Notes: generated from the letters alone by a model not told the origin. A stretch of 64,000 nucleotides of DNA from a virus (IMGVR_UViG_3300032285_003899:1-64000); one strand, 5' to 3'. Shown: positions 28,750-38,711, numbered from the stretch's first letter. Numbers and translations: made by a program.

Positions 28750-31151
28750 AAAATTTAAATCTTACGCCTAGAGCGCAAAAGTTAATCAAAGAAGCTTATA
28801 AAATAGCTGTCGATCTCAAACACACTGAGATCACGCATCTTCATTTATTTATAAGCTTTCTTAATCTAAAGCAAAGTCAGATAGAAGAAGCTTTTGGTAA
28901 TTTCGGAATAGATTCTTTAAAGATTAAGAATAGCGCTTTATCTTTTTTGAAACAAAATGTTCAGTCGCAAAAGAAAGCTACAACAAAGCCTCTACTTTCT
29001 CAAGAAATTACAAATGTATTTAAGTGCGCGAAATCTATTTCTTCAAAATTTGATCATAAGTACATAGGTTTAGAACATGTTTTTATTAGTTTGTTTGAAA
29101 TTCCAGATCAAACTTTTGAAATGTTCTTAATTGATTTCGACTATAGTTTTGTAAAAGTAGTTGATTATATAGAACAAAAACTAGAGGAAGACGATATGCT
29201 TCCCGTAGCTGAAGAAGAAATTAATGTCACTAATCAAGCCAAACAAACTTTTGATATTAAAAAGTATAAGATATTAAATACTTATGCCAACAACTTGAAT
29301 ATGCAAGTTGCTAATGGCAAAATCAATAATCTACATTTAAACAAAGACCTGATTCAAAAAATTTCAGAAGTTCTTTGTCGCAAAAATAAGAACAATCCAC
29401 TTATTGTTGGCGAAGCTGGTGTTGGTAAAACAGCATTAGTAGAGTCCTTGGCACAAGCAATCGTCAAAGGTGAAGCTTCAGATCTACTTAGTTTGAAGCA
29501 GATTTACAGTTTGGATATTCCCATGATGATTGCTGGATGCAAATTTCGTGGCGAGTTTGAAGAGAAGATTAAGAATCTATTAAAGGAAATAACAGATGAT
29601 CCATATATTGTTCTTTTTATAGATGAGATTCATACTATTATTGGTGCTGGCAATCCAGAAAATGGAAACGATGTCGCCAATATATTAAAGCCATATCTAG
29701 CCAGAGGTGAAATAAGCTGTATTGGAGCAACAACTTTTGATGAATATAAAAAGACCATCTCTGATGATCCAGCTTTGTCTCGGCGTTTTCAGATGATTAA
29801 GATTGAAGAACCTACAAAAGAACAAACTTTTAATCTTATCAAGAATATCAAAAGTGGATATGAAAATTTTCATATCATTGATTTTTCTGATGATGTTCTT
29901 CGCTTTACCATTAATAGTGCTGAGAAATATATCGAAGGAAGATTTCCTGATAAAGCTTTAGATATTATTGATCAGGTAGGAGCTAAAGTTAAACTTAAGA
30001 ATTTTGTAAAGTCTCCTGAAATGATCAAGATTGAAAAGAAGTTAAGCAAATTTGTCGATTCTAATAAGCAGACTATAGAAAAGAAAAAGATCGCTTCTTT
30101 AGAAGAACTCCTTGGTGAATACGAAGAATCCACAAAGAAGATGATTAACAATTGGCGAAACAATAAATATCAAGTTACTAATTCTGATATTTTAGAAGTT
30201 ATTTCCGATAAAACAAATATTCCAATTGATGATCTTAAGCTTCAAGACTTTGAAAAAGTTAAGATTCTAAAAACTAAATTAAAAGAACAAGTCTTTGGTC
30301 AAGACAATCAGATCGAACATATTTATAAATCTTTAATTAGAGCGAAAGCAGGTTTTCGTAATACAAATAAACCAATATGCTCAATGCTTTATGCTGGGCC
30401 AACAGGAGTTGGCAAGACAATGACTGCAAAGATAATTGCCGAAACTTTATTTGTAAATAAAAACAATTTTATAACAATAGATATGTCTGAATACACAGAC
30501 AAAACTGCTGTTAATAAACTGGTAGGTTCTAGTCCCGGTTATATCGGATTTGATAAAGGTGGAGTATTAACTGAGAAAGTAAGAAAAAACCCATATTCTT
30601 TAATTCTATTCGATGAAATTCAAAAAGCTGATGAAGACGTTTTGTATTCTTTGTTACAGATTCTTGAAGAAGGAAAGATAAGTGATTCTTCGGGTAAAGT
30701 TGTTGACTTTTCTAATACTATGATTGTTATGACAACAAATGTTGGTGCGGAAGTTGTCAATCATTCTGCTATAGGATTTGGAAAGCAAAAAGCTGGTAAG
30801 TCAGATGTTTTATCTTCAATCAAGAAGCATTTTCCTCCTGATTTATTAAATCGTATTGACGAGATAGTTATCTTCGATAGTCTTGAACAAGAACAGATCA
30901 AACTAATTATTGACAAGGAACTACAAGCATTTAAAACAGATCTTTTTGACAGGAATGTAAATATTAAGTATTCTTCGGAAGTAACTAACTTTATATTCAA
31001 TAAGATACAATTCAATAACTTTGGTGCAAGACAAGTTATTAAGACTATTCAGCGTGAACTACAAACACAAGTAGCAGAAAAGATGTTAGATTCAGATAAG
31101 AAACTAAATTTAGAAATTCTTGTTAAGGATAACAATATTTGTGTAATCTAA
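28746..31151 (+). CDS. ClpA/ClpC-family double-AAA+ chaperone
   Basis: Clp N-domain repeats, [53 protein letters not shown]. Confidence 0.9.
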   Translation: MKNLNLTPRAQKLIKEAYKIAVDLKHTEITHLHLFISFLNLKQSQIEEAFGNFGIDSLKIKNSALSFLKQNVQSQKKATTKPLLSQEITNVFKCAKSISSKFDHKYIGLEHVFISLFEIPDQTFEMFLIDFDYSFVKVVDYIEQKLEEDDMLPVAEEEINVTNQAKQTFDIKKYKILNTYANNLNMQVANGKINNLHLNKDLIQKISEVLCRKNKNNPLIVGEAGVGKTALVESLAQAIVKGEASDLLSLKQIYSLDIPMMIAGCKFRGEFEEKIKNLLKEITDDPYIVLFIDEIHTIIGAGNPENGNDVANILKPYLARGEISCIGATTFDEYKKTISDDPALSRRFQMIKIEEPTKEQTFNLIKNIKSGYENFHIIDFSDDVLRFTINSAEKYIEGRFPDKALDIIDQVGAKVKLKNFVKSPEMIKIEKKLSKFVDSNKQTIEKKKIASLEELLGEYEESTKKMINNWRNNKYQVTNSDILEVISDKTNIPIDDLKLQDFEKVKILKTKLKEQVFGQDNQIEHIYKSLIRAKAGFRNTNKPICSMLYAGPTGVGKTMTAKIIAETLFVNKNNFITIDMSEYTDKTAVNKLVGSSPGYIGFDKGGVLTEKVRKNPYSLILFDEIQKADEDVLYSLLQILEEGKISDSSGKVVDFSNTMIVMTTNVGAEVVNHSAIGFGKQKAGKSDVLSSIKKHFPPDLLNRIDEIVIFDSLEQEQIKLIIDKELQAFKTDLFDRNVNIKYSSEVTNFIFNKIQFNNFGARQVIKTIQRELQTQVAEKMLDSDKKLNLEILVKDNNICVI
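31141..31146 (+). promoter_or_regulatory. GTGTAA motif (putative late promoter)
   Basis: 16 nt upstream of ATG 31157. Confidence 0.55.
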
Positions 31152-31156
31152 TTTAT

Positions 31157-31360
31157 ATGCCACTACCAAAACCTACTAAGAAAGAAACTGAACAAGAATT
31201 CGTTAGTCGCTGCATGGGTGACGATATGATGAATAAAGATTTCAAGGATCAAAAGCAACGTGCCGCCGTTTGTTATTCTCAATACAAGATTCGCCATAAG
31301 GCAAAAGGTGAAGCAAGTTGGGATGACGTTCGCAAAGGTGATAGTTTAAATATTCTATAA
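31157..31360 (+). CDS. small conserved phage protein
   Basis: [17 protein letters not shown]...[10 protein letters not shown]; start 31157 preferred over the listed 31139. Confidence 0.65.
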   Translation: MPLPKPTKKETEQEFVSRCMGDDMMNKDFKDQKQRAAVCYSQYKIRHKAKGEASWDDVRKGDSLNIL

Positions 31361-31363
31361 TAT

Positions 31364-32515
31364 ATGAGTGATTATAATCAGATTTACGGAACAAACGCAG
31401 CATCTGCATCAAATGATACATTTGATTTTACGATGCCTGATATCCCTGAACCTCCTCAATCAGAAAAGCCAGAACCAAAGGATAAAGATCCAGTAGGTTT
31501 TAAGTTTGGCTTTATTGGTGCTGGTCAAGGTGGCGGTAAGTTAGCGGAGACTTTCGCGCAAATTGGTTATGCTAGAGTAGGTGTTATTAACACCGCCGAT
31601 CAAGATCTAGCTACAATCAATGTTCCCAACAAGCTTAAGTTTGGCGAACAGCAAGGTGCTGGTAAGAATAGAGACGTAGCCAAGCAAGCTTTCTTGAATA
31701 GCAAGGAAGATGTGGTTGACTTTATTAAGTCTTCTGTTGGAACCGACATTGATCGAATTTTTGTAACTGTTGGTGCTGGCGGTGGAACAGGTGCAGGTGT
31801 TTGTACTGAACTAGTCAAGACAGTCAAGGAATATCAAAATACAGTTAAGTCTGGATCTCCTTATGTTGGATTGATTCTAGCTCTACCAAAACTTTCAGAA
31901 GGTAAAAAGGTAAGTCAAAATGCTTATGATACCTTGAAAGAGGCTTGTGAATTAGTTGAGCAGAAGATTGTTTCGCCTCTTATTATTCTTGATAATGAAC
32001 GCATTAACACTCTATATCCAAAGCTTTCAATTAATAAGTTCTGGCAAGTAGCTAATGCTAATATTTGTTCACTATTCCACTTGTTTAATAATATTATAAC
32101 CAAGAATAGTCAATATAGCACATTCGATACAAATGATTTTAGAACCGTATTAGATTCTGGAATCATGGTTTTCGGTGCTACAAATATTACTAATTTCAGC
32201 AATGAAGGTGAGATTTCAAAAGCTGTACGCGAAAACTTAAAGCGAAATGTTCTTTGTGGTGAACTTGATCTTGCCACTGGATCTACTGCTGCCGCTGTAG
32301 CTATTGGTGATGAAAAAACTTTAGATGATATTCCTCAAGAATATTTAGACAATGCTTTTAATCAACTTAATAGAACTTTGAAGACTAACAGTACCGTTCA
32401 TCAAGGTATTTACAAGGGAGTTAAGCAAGGTCTTTCTATTTTTACAGCAATTGGAGGAATAACAACTCCTACTGGAAAACTAGATGCGCTTCTAAAAGCT
32501 AGTCAACAAGTGTAA
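31364..32515 (+). CDS. tubulin/FtsZ-superfamily GTPase
   Basis: GAGQGGGK (T1), INTA..D, GAG.N (T3), signature GGGTGAG, FDTND (T7 loop). Confidence 0.9.
   Translation: MSDYNQIYGTNAASASNDTFDFTMPDIPEPPQSEKPEPKDKDPVGFKFGFIGAGQGGGKLAETFAQIGYARVGVINTADQDLATINVPNKLKFGEQQGAGKNRDVAKQAFLNSKEDVVDFIKSSVGTDIDRIFVTVGAGGGTGAGVCTELVKTVKEYQNTVKSGSPYVGLILALPKLSEGKKVSQNAYDTLKEACELVEQKIVSPLIILDNERINTLYPKLSINKFWQVANANICSLFHLFNNIITKNSQYSTFDTNDFRTVLDSGIMVFGATNITNFSNEGEISKAVRENLKRNVLCGELDLATGSTAAAVAIGDEKTLDDIPQEYLDNAFNQLNRTLKTNSTVHQGIYKGVKQGLSIFTAIGGITTPTGKLDALLKASQQV
32510..32515 (+). promoter_or_regulatory. GTGTAA motif (putative late promoter)
   Basis: 14 nt upstream of ATG 32524; overlaps the tubulin stop codon. 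Confidence 0.55.
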
Positions 32516-32523
32516 TAAAATAT

Positions 32524-32751
32524 ATGGCTAATAATCAAGACATACAATTTTGTTATTTTAATACTGGCACAACAATTACACCAACTAGCGATAGAGATGT
32601 TTATATCGTTGCCGCTTTAGCTTCATTTAGTGGAGATTTTGGAACAGTAACTGTAGGAGCAAATCAATCTTTGAATCCTGCTTTTCCTATTAAAATTTCT
32701 AGTCCAGTTGTAAGTGGAAGTGCTAGAAGTTTGTTCTATTATTTCGATTGA
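32524..32751 (+). CDS. small beta-rich hypothetical protein
   Basis: ORF in track downstream of GTGTAA. Confidence 0.55.
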   Translation: MANNQDIQFCYFNTGTTITPTSDRDVYIVAALASFSGDFGTVTVGANQSLNPAFPIKISSPVVSGSARSLFYYFD

Positions 32752-32762
32752 TTTTATTAGAA

Positions 32763-32795
32763 ATATCGCAGGATACTCATAATATCCTGCGATAT
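32763..32795. repeat. perfect 13-bp inverted repeat with 7-nt loop
   Basis: ATATCGCAGGATA-CTCATAA-TATCCTGCGATAT, ending immediately before ATG 32796. Confidence 0.9.
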
Positions 32796-33386
32796 ATGAA
32801 TCTTCAGATCTATAAGCCAAACCCAAAGAATCAGGGTTGTGCCATCAGTTTTCAAATCTCACAAAAGCCAAGCAGTGAGCCGCAGTTTTATGTAAACTGT
32901 ATTGCTCAACATTCTTGGAACGATCAAACCAAGACAGGCTCATTTGCAGAAAGTCGCAATAATCCATCAAAGACTATCGCTATCAAGTTTAACGAGTTTG
33001 AACTTGGTGAAATGATTAACGCTTTTCAACAAAAGACTTCTTATTCCGCGTTTCATTCTAGCGAGTCAAACAAGACTCAAATTAAGCTCGCTCCATACGA
33101 GAAGACAAAGGGTACAGGAGATTACGCTGTAAAGTATACTGCTTTTGGACTTTCCTTCATTCGAAATGGCGCAGATACTTTTAAGGTTCCACTAGAGCCG
33201 GGAGAAGCTGTTCGATTGATCGCTTTCATCAATAAGTATTATTCTCTACTTGATGATTCACGAAAGCTACCACCAAAGACAGAGCAAGGTGCAGCACCAA
33301 AGCGAGAAGCCGCTCCTCAAGAGGCTGCTCCAAAGCCTAAGAAGGCAGAACCAGTTGCTGCTGATGCAGAAGAAATGGACTTCTAA
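32796..33386 (+). CDS. putative ssDNA-binding protein (Whirly/PC4-like), acidic C-tail
   Basis: Beta-rich core (YKP, QHSW, KF.EFE.G), P/A/K-rich linker and terminal DAEEMDF. ATG 32796 preferred over the listed TTG 32748. Confidence 0.5.
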   Translation: MNLQIYKPNPKNQGCAISFQISQKPSSEPQFYVNCIAQHSWNDQTKTGSFAESRNNPSKTIAIKFNEFELGEMINAFQQKTSYSAFHSSESNKTQIKLAPYEKTKGTGDYAVKYTAFGLSFIRNGADTFKVPLEPGEAVRLIAFINKYYSLLDDSRKLPPKTEQGAAPKREAAPQEAAPKPKKAEPVAADAEEMDF

Positions 33387-35281
33387 TGTCTAAAAAACGG
33401 GTTTTAATTCATAGTAATTTTTGCAAGATGTTTACTGGTTTCGGTAAACATAAAAAGAACTTATTGTCTTACTTATATAAGACTGGAAAATACGATCTTA
33501 TAGAATTAAGCAATGGATTTTCTTGGGAATCAGAACAAGTTCAATATGTTCCTTGGAAGTCTTATGGTACATTACCAGAAGATCCCGAGATTCTAAAAGA
33601 GATTTCTATTGATGAAAGAAGAAAAAATGCGGCAGGTTATGGCGCAGAAATGATTGATCATGCGATAAAAGAATTAAAACCCGATATTTATTTAGGAATA
33701 GAAGACGTTTGGGCTTTCAACGGTTTTCAAGACAAAGAATGGTGGAATAAAGTTCACTGTATCATTCACACCACTCTTGATAGTCTTCCAATACTTCCTG
33801 ACGCAGTTTCTATTGCGCCGAAAGTTAATCATTATTTAGTTTGGGCATCATTTGCTGAAAAAGCCATGCATAAGCTTGGGCATACTCATGTAAAAACTGT
33901 ACATGGCACATTAGATATAAATTCTTTTTATCGACTCACAGATGAAGATAGAAAGAGAATTCGCGCTCGTTTCAAACTAAATAAGGAATTTATTATTGGT
34001 TTTGTTTTTAGAAATCAATTAAGAAAATCTGTACCAAATTTACTTGATGGATTCAAGCTGTTTTACACTGCTAATCCAAACGCTAATGCCAAACTTCTTC
34101 TACACACTTCATGGAATGAAGGTTGGGATATTCTTAAGTTATTGAAGGAAAAAGAAATTGATCCAAAAAACATATTAACAACTTATGTTTGTAAAAATTG
34201 TAACGCACATCATGTAAAATCATTTACCGCTCATGTTGTTAATTGTGACTATTGTGGAGCTAAAAATAGCTGCGAAACCACCAACGTAAAAACCGGAGTA
34301 AACGAACAGCAATTAAATGAGATTTACAATCTCATGGATGTTTATTGTCATCCATTCACTTCTGGTGGACAAGAAATTCCAATTCAAGAAGCTAAATTGA
34401 CTGAACTTATAACTCTTGTCACTAATTATAGTTGTGGAGAAGATTGCTGCACTACAGAAAGCGGCGGCTTTCCACTTGAATGGGCAGAATATAGAGAACC
34501 TGGAACTCAATTCATTAAAGCTTCTACTTTACCTACTAGCATTTTTTCTCAATTGCAATATGTTTTTAATCTATCTAACGAAGAGAAAAATGCATTAGGA
34601 AAAAAAGCTCGTCAATTTGTTATTGATAATTACAGTATCGAAGTAGTCGGCAAATATTTTGAAGAACTTTTTGATAGCTTACCTTCAATTAACTATACTT
34701 TTGAAAATAAAAAAATTAAATGCAATCCATTTTACGACGTTAATGAAAATTTAAATGATAAACAATGGGTTGAATCGTTATATGATAATATTTTAATGCG
34801 AAAAGATCCCGCTGGAGTTATTCATTGGATTCAAAGGTTAAATACAGATCTAAAGAGAAATGATGTTTTAGCTTATTTTAGAAAGATAGCTCTAAATGAA
34901 AATCAAAATACATTCCTTTTTGAAATGTTGGAGTCGTTGAAGGAAAATAAAAATAAGAAAAAAATAGCTTTCGTACAACCAGAAGGTGCGGAAGAAATAA
35001 TTATAGCCACATCTCTGATCAGATCAATCAAGAATCTTTATCCAGAACACGATATTTATTTTTTTACGAAATCTGAATATTTTGATTTATTAAATTCTCA
35101 TCCAGACATAACGAAAGTTCTTAATTATTTTAATAAGATGGACGATCCATTATTTTTTGAAGGCAAAGGTGGAAGCACTAAGTATTTTGACATTGTTTAC
35201 GCGCCTTATCTTTCTATAAATAATAATTATTTCAGAAACGCACAAGACATTCTACAATATAATATTTATGAATCTAACTGA
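33386..35281 (+). CDS. multidomain glycosyltransferase (GT4-like + Zn-ribbon + GT9-like N-lobe)
   Basis: TGFG, RNQLRK, CxxC/CxxC insert, YN.MDVYCHP..SGGQEIP..EA (GT-B); C-terminal KIAF......I.....IRSIK..YP...I.F. Confidence 0.75.
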   Translation: MSKKRVLIHSNFCKMFTGFGKHKKNLLSYLYKTGKYDLIELSNGFSWESEQVQYVPWKSYGTLPEDPEILKEISIDERRKNAAGYGAEMIDHAIKELKPDIYLGIEDVWAFNGFQDKEWWNKVHCIIHTTLDSLPILPDAVSIAPKVNHYLVWASFAEKAMHKLGHTHVKTVHGTLDINSFYRLTDEDRKRIRARFKLNKEFIIGFVFRNQLRKSVPNLLDGFKLFYTANPNANAKLLLHTSWNEGWDILKLLKEKEIDPKNILTTYVCKNCNAHHVKSFTAHVVNCDYCGAKNSCETTNVKTGVNEQQLNEIYNLMDVYCHPFTSGGQEIPIQEAKLTELITLVTNYSCGEDCCTTESGGFPLEWAEYREPGTQFIKASTLPTSIFSQLQYVFNLSNEEKNALGKKARQFVIDNYSIEVVGKYFEELFDSLPSINYTFENKKIKCNPFYDVNENLNDKQWVESLYDNILMRKDPAGVIHWIQRLNTDLKRNDVLAYFRKIALNENQNTFLFEMLESLKENKNKKKIAFVQPEGAEEIIIATSLIRSIKNLYPEHDIYFFTKSEYFDLLNSHPDITKVLNYFNKMDDPLFFEGKGGSTKYFDIVYAPYLSINNNYFRNAQDILQYNIYESN

Positions 35282-36461
35282 AAAAATGGCGTTAGATTGT
35301 GGAGTTAAAATCTCACAACCATACCTTGACAGATATTTTCTTCCAATCAAGAATGATAATTATATAATAATTGATACTAGATGTAAGAATATCATTGGAG
35401 AATACGATTATTTCTCTGATGTGTTAGATCTCATAAAAGGATATTTGAATGAAGCTGGTATCGACATATTTCAATTCGCTACAGAAAAAAATACAAAATT
35501 ACAATGTAATAAATGTTTTATTACCATTAACAAAAAACAAGAAAATTATCTTATTTCTAAAGCTAAATTGTTAATTTCTAATGAAAATTATTCTTTGCAT
35601 ATAGCTTCTGTTTTTAATGTCAAGTCGATTGGATTATATTCTTTATTTAATCCAAAAAATACCAGTCCAGTTTGGAACAAAGAGTCTCAAATAATTCTTG
35701 AATCAAACAGAGATGGCAATCTTCCTTCTTATGGGCATTTAAAAGAATCTCCCAAGACTATAAATTTTATTAGTCCTTACGTTATCGCTAAAAACATATT
35801 AGATAGCCTTGGTATACAAAATGATTTACATCGTTTTGAATTGGTGAATTTAGGCAGAAGTTTTCATCAGAAGATTGTAGAAATCGTACCCGATTTCATT
35901 TCTTCAGAAGATTTCATGAAAGACCGATCTGTTAATCTAAGGCTTGATTATGTAAAAAATTTGAACTCATCTGTTTTTAATTACTGGATGACTAACAGAA
36001 AAATTAACATTATAACCGATAAAGATATAAATGTTAATATGATTGCCCCATATAGAAATAATATTATACTGATGACGGTAATGTTGTCGCCAAATATTTC
36101 CGAAAGATTCTTAAAACACTGCAAAGCTATAGGATTAAAATTAAAAATTTTTTGCGATGACAAAACTAAGTTGGAAGAATATAGATATAAATTTTTAGAT
36201 TGGGAAGTTCAGAAAGACTTCGATAATGATGGCGTTTTAGAAAAGTTAAAAAACATTTCAGAAAAATCTAAGTTCATTAGCTCTAAAATTTTAATTTCAA
36301 AAGGCAGACAGTTCTCTTGCAAAGCTAACTATCTTTCGAACAAACATCTTGACAATTGCGAAGAAAACGTTATTCTCTCAAAAGAATTTGAACAAGAAAT
36401 CGAATTCTTTAAAATTTACAATGAGCGAGAAGAATCCACATCTAGCACCTCAGTCGCGTAA
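35268..36461 (+). CDS. GT9-like (C-lobe) hypothetical protein
   Basis: LISKAKLLISNENYSLHIASVFNVKSIGLYS resembles the GT9 motif. Confidence 0.5.
   Translation: MNLTEKMALDCGVKISQPYLDRYFLPIKNDNYIIIDTRCKNIIGEYDYFSDVLDLIKGYLNEAGIDIFQFATEKNTKLQCNKCFITINKKQENYLISKAKLLISNENYSLHIASVFNVKSIGLYSLFNPKNTSPVWNKESQIILESNRDGNLPSYGHLKESPKTINFISPYVIAKNILDSLGIQNDLHRFELVNLGRSFHQKIVEIVPDFISSEDFMKDRSVNLRLDYVKNLNSSVFNYWMTNRKINIITDKDINVNMIAPYRNNIILMTVMLSPNISERFLKHCKAIGLKLKIFCDDKTKLEEYRYKFLDWEVQKDFDNDGVLEKLKNISEKSKFISSKILISKGRQFSCKANYLSNKHLDNCEENVILSKEFEQEIEFFKIYNEREESTSSTSVA
36349..36376 (+). promoter_or_regulatory. sigma70-like promoter
   Basis: TTGACA-N16-TATTCT upstream of ATG 36421. Confidence 0.45.
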
Positions 36462-37170
36462 CGCTTGGGGTTTAATTGAAAACGTAGATTACAAAACAAA
36501 TGAAGACGGCTCAATCAATTGGCGAGCAATGGTTAAGGCAGAGCATCTGTTCCCGAATAGAGGATGGTTTGAGTCTCGTAAGCAGCAAATGCCCACTTCC
36601 ATTGAAGGTCTTGCTGATAACCAGCTTCTTATCAAGCTTGCTGGTATTAAAGAGCTTGCCAAGCTCCGAGGATACACAAGCGTAAAGTATGATGTTATTA
36701 AGTGCGAACCATCTTATGTCAGTATTAAGTGCGGCATAACTTGGATTCCAAACTACGAATCAGAATATGAAAGTTATTACGAAGATATCGCAAATGCTAC
36801 AGTCAATAATACTTCGGACTTTGCTGTCAAGTTTTTGGAGACGATTGCAGCTAATCGCGCATTCGTTAGGGCTGTAAGAAACTTTCTTGGCGTACACATT
36901 GTAGGCAGCGATGAAATCGATGCTTCTAAAAAAGGCACTCCTTCGGTATTTGAAGATGATAACGAAGTCGCGCTTCCTTCTTCACAAGGAATGCTAGAAA
37001 AAACTGCCAAGAATTCTGGTATTAATTCTTTTGAGGAATTTCAAGATTATCTTCGTAATGCTTGGAAGATGGGTGTTTACAAGAACGCTGAAGCTAAAGT
37101 ATGGACTTCTTATAATGATATTCCAGCAAAAGAAGCTAGAATTTTAATGTCAATTCTAAAAGATAAGTGA
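36421..37170 (+). CDS. putative single-strand annealing protein (Rad52/Erf-like fold)
   Basis: LAGIKELAKLRG; IA.NRAFVRAVRNFLG helix motif; ATG 36421 preferred. Confidence 0.45.
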   Translation: MSEKNPHLAPQSRNAWGLIENVDYKTNEDGSINWRAMVKAEHLFPNRGWFESRKQQMPTSIEGLADNQLLIKLAGIKELAKLRGYTSVKYDVIKCEPSYVSIKCGITWIPNYESEYESYYEDIANATVNNTSDFAVKFLETIAANRAFVRAVRNFLGVHIVGSDEIDASKKGTPSVFEDDNEVALPSSQGMLEKTAKNSGINSFEEFQDYLRNAWKMGVYKNAEAKVWTSYNDIPAKEARILMSILKDK

Positions 37171-37616
37171 TGATTATGTATAGAGAAATTTTACAAATTA
37201 ACGTAAAGAAGCTTTCGGAAAATGCAACTATTCCTACTCAAGGAACAAAGTTTGCCGCTGGATATGATTTGTATGCAGCGGAAGATGCGGTTGTAGTTTG
37301 TGGAACTCGCAAGCTAATTAAGACCAATATTTCAATGGAGATTACTCCCGGTTATTACGGAAGAATTGCTCCTCGTTCTGGTCTAGCTTATAAGAACGGT
37401 ATCGATGTTTTGGCTGGAGTAATTGATTCTGATTATCGCGGTGATATCGGAGTTATTCTTTACAATACAGACAAGAATATTGATTTCACTGTTAAGAAGG
37501 GTGATCGAATCGCTCAGATTATTTTTGAAGCTTGTTATATCGCCACTTTAAATAATGTAGAAAATTTAGATAATACATTGAGACAAGCTGGCGGCTTTGG
37601 CTCGACAGGAGTATGA
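37167..37616 (+). CDS. dut: trimeric dUTPase
   Basis: AAGYDL, GRIAPRSG, GVIDSDYRG, DRIAQ, R..GGFGSTG. Confidence 0.96.
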   Translation: MMIMYREILQINVKKLSENATIPTQGTKFAAGYDLYAAEDAVVVCGTRKLIKTNISMEITPGYYGRIAPRSGLAYKNGIDVLAGVIDSDYRGDIGVILYNTDKNIDFTVKKGDRIAQIIFEACYIATLNNVENLDNTLRQAGGFGSTGV

Positions 37617-37894
37617 ACGACAAGCATATTAAAAAAATCATAGATAAGCAATTTAAGATAGCTAATTTAGATCTTAAGTATGAAGATATCCGTGATAACC
37701 AAACTCCAAATTGGTTGACTAAATATTCTTACACTCCAGAAGACAACGAAAAGTGGAAGAACTGGACTATGAAATATATGCGCGAAAAGATGAAGCTCAC
37801 GAAAGACAAAGCGTTGATAGAAACTGCGTGGATAGATTTGAATTTCGGTCTTAGAACTTCAGATCAATCTTCTAAAAAGTCAAAAAAGAAGTGA
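37613..37894 (+). CDS. hypothetical protein
   Basis: Coupled ORF. Confidence 0.6.
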   Translation: MNDKHIKKIIDKQFKIANLDLKYEDIRDNQTPNWLTKYSYTPEDNEKWKNWTMKYMREKMKLTKDKALIETAWIDLNFGLRTSDQSSKKSKKK

Positions 37895-38166
37895 AGCGAG
37901 ATCTTAAATTATTAGATCTATGCAAGATTCTTGATACAGATTATTCTGATTATGGAGGAAAAATACGTCGCCATAGCGATCCAGATTACAATTATAGCGA
38001 TTGTAGTTGTGGCTGTAAGCATTTTATTCCTCTATACAATCAGAAATATAGAGATGCAGACGTTGACTTCGGAGTCTGCACAAACAAAAGAAGTAAAAGA
38101 TGCGGATTATTGACATTCGAAAATCAAGCTGGTTACGGATGTTTTGAAACAGAAAAACTAAGGTGA
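37891..38166 (+). CDS. Cys-rich hypothetical protein
   Basis: DCSCGCKHF, GVC, GC motifs; stop codon overlaps the start of tRNA-Ser. Confidence 0.6.
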   Translation: MKRDLKLLDLCKILDTDYSDYGGKIRRHSDPDYNYSDCSCGCKHFIPLYNQKYRDADVDFGVCTNKRSKRCGLLTFENQAGYGCFETEKLR

Positions 38167-38252
38167 GGTGGCAGAGTGGTCTAATGCAGAGCTTTGCTAA
38201 AGCTCCGTACTCCAAAAGAGTACCGAAGGTTCAAATCCTTCTCTCACCGCCA
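38162..38252 (+). tRNA. trnS: tRNA-Ser(GCT)
   Basis: Acceptor GGTGAGG/TCTCACC, anticodon arm GAGCT-TTGCTAA-AGCTC, long variable arm, T-arm GAAGG-TTCAAAT-CCTTC, encoded CCA. Confidence 0.95.
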
Positions 38253-38260
38253 ATTTAAGT

Positions 38261-38334
38261 TGTCCGATGGTGTAACGGTAGCACAAGAGACTTTGACTCT
38301 CTTTGTATAGGTTCAAATCCTGTTCGGACAACCA
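38261..38334 (+). tRNA. trnQ: tRNA-Gln(TTG)
   Basis: Acceptor TGTCCGA/TCGGACA, anticodon arm AGAGA-CTTTGAC-TCTCT, GTTCAAATCC, encoded CCA. Confidence 0.95.
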
Positions 38335-38341
38335 TTTTATA

Positions 38342-38536
38342 ATGCAAGAAGTAGAATCTATTATATCTAAACTGATCGAATCGATTAAAACAGTCGATAC
38401 TAACAAATCTATTCCTTATTTAGTAAAAGATTTAGACAAGCACGTTCAAGAAGCTTATTCTGAATTATATAAATATAGGCAACGAAAATCAGTGTATAAA
38501 CCTCTGAATGACAACAAACGAGGTCACTGCTGTTAA
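38342..38536 (+). CDS. hypothetical protein
   Basis: ATG 38342 after tRNA-Gln; the listed 38303 start lies inside the tRNA. Confidence 0.5.
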   Translation: MQEVESIISKLIESIKTVDTNKSIPYLVKDLDKHVQEAYSELYKYRQRKSVYKPLNDNKRGHCC

Positions 38537-38711
38537 AATATCAACGCCCTGCACTAGAAAATGCAAGCTGATAAATGATCATTGTGTAGGCTGCGGTCGA
38601 ACTTGGCAACAAATCAGAGATTGGACTGTTTATAACGAGTCTGAAAGACTTGCAATAATGAACGATCTAAAGCCAAATATACAACTAAAAGAACAATATG
38701 AGTGCTGGTAA
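38508..38711 (+). CDS. DUF1289-like Cys-rich protein
   Basis: STPC...C.L....C.GCGRT..QI.DW. Confidence 0.75.
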   Translation: MTTNEVTAVKISTPCTRKCKLINDHCVGCGRTWQQIRDWTVYNESERLAIMNDLKPNIQLKEQYECW

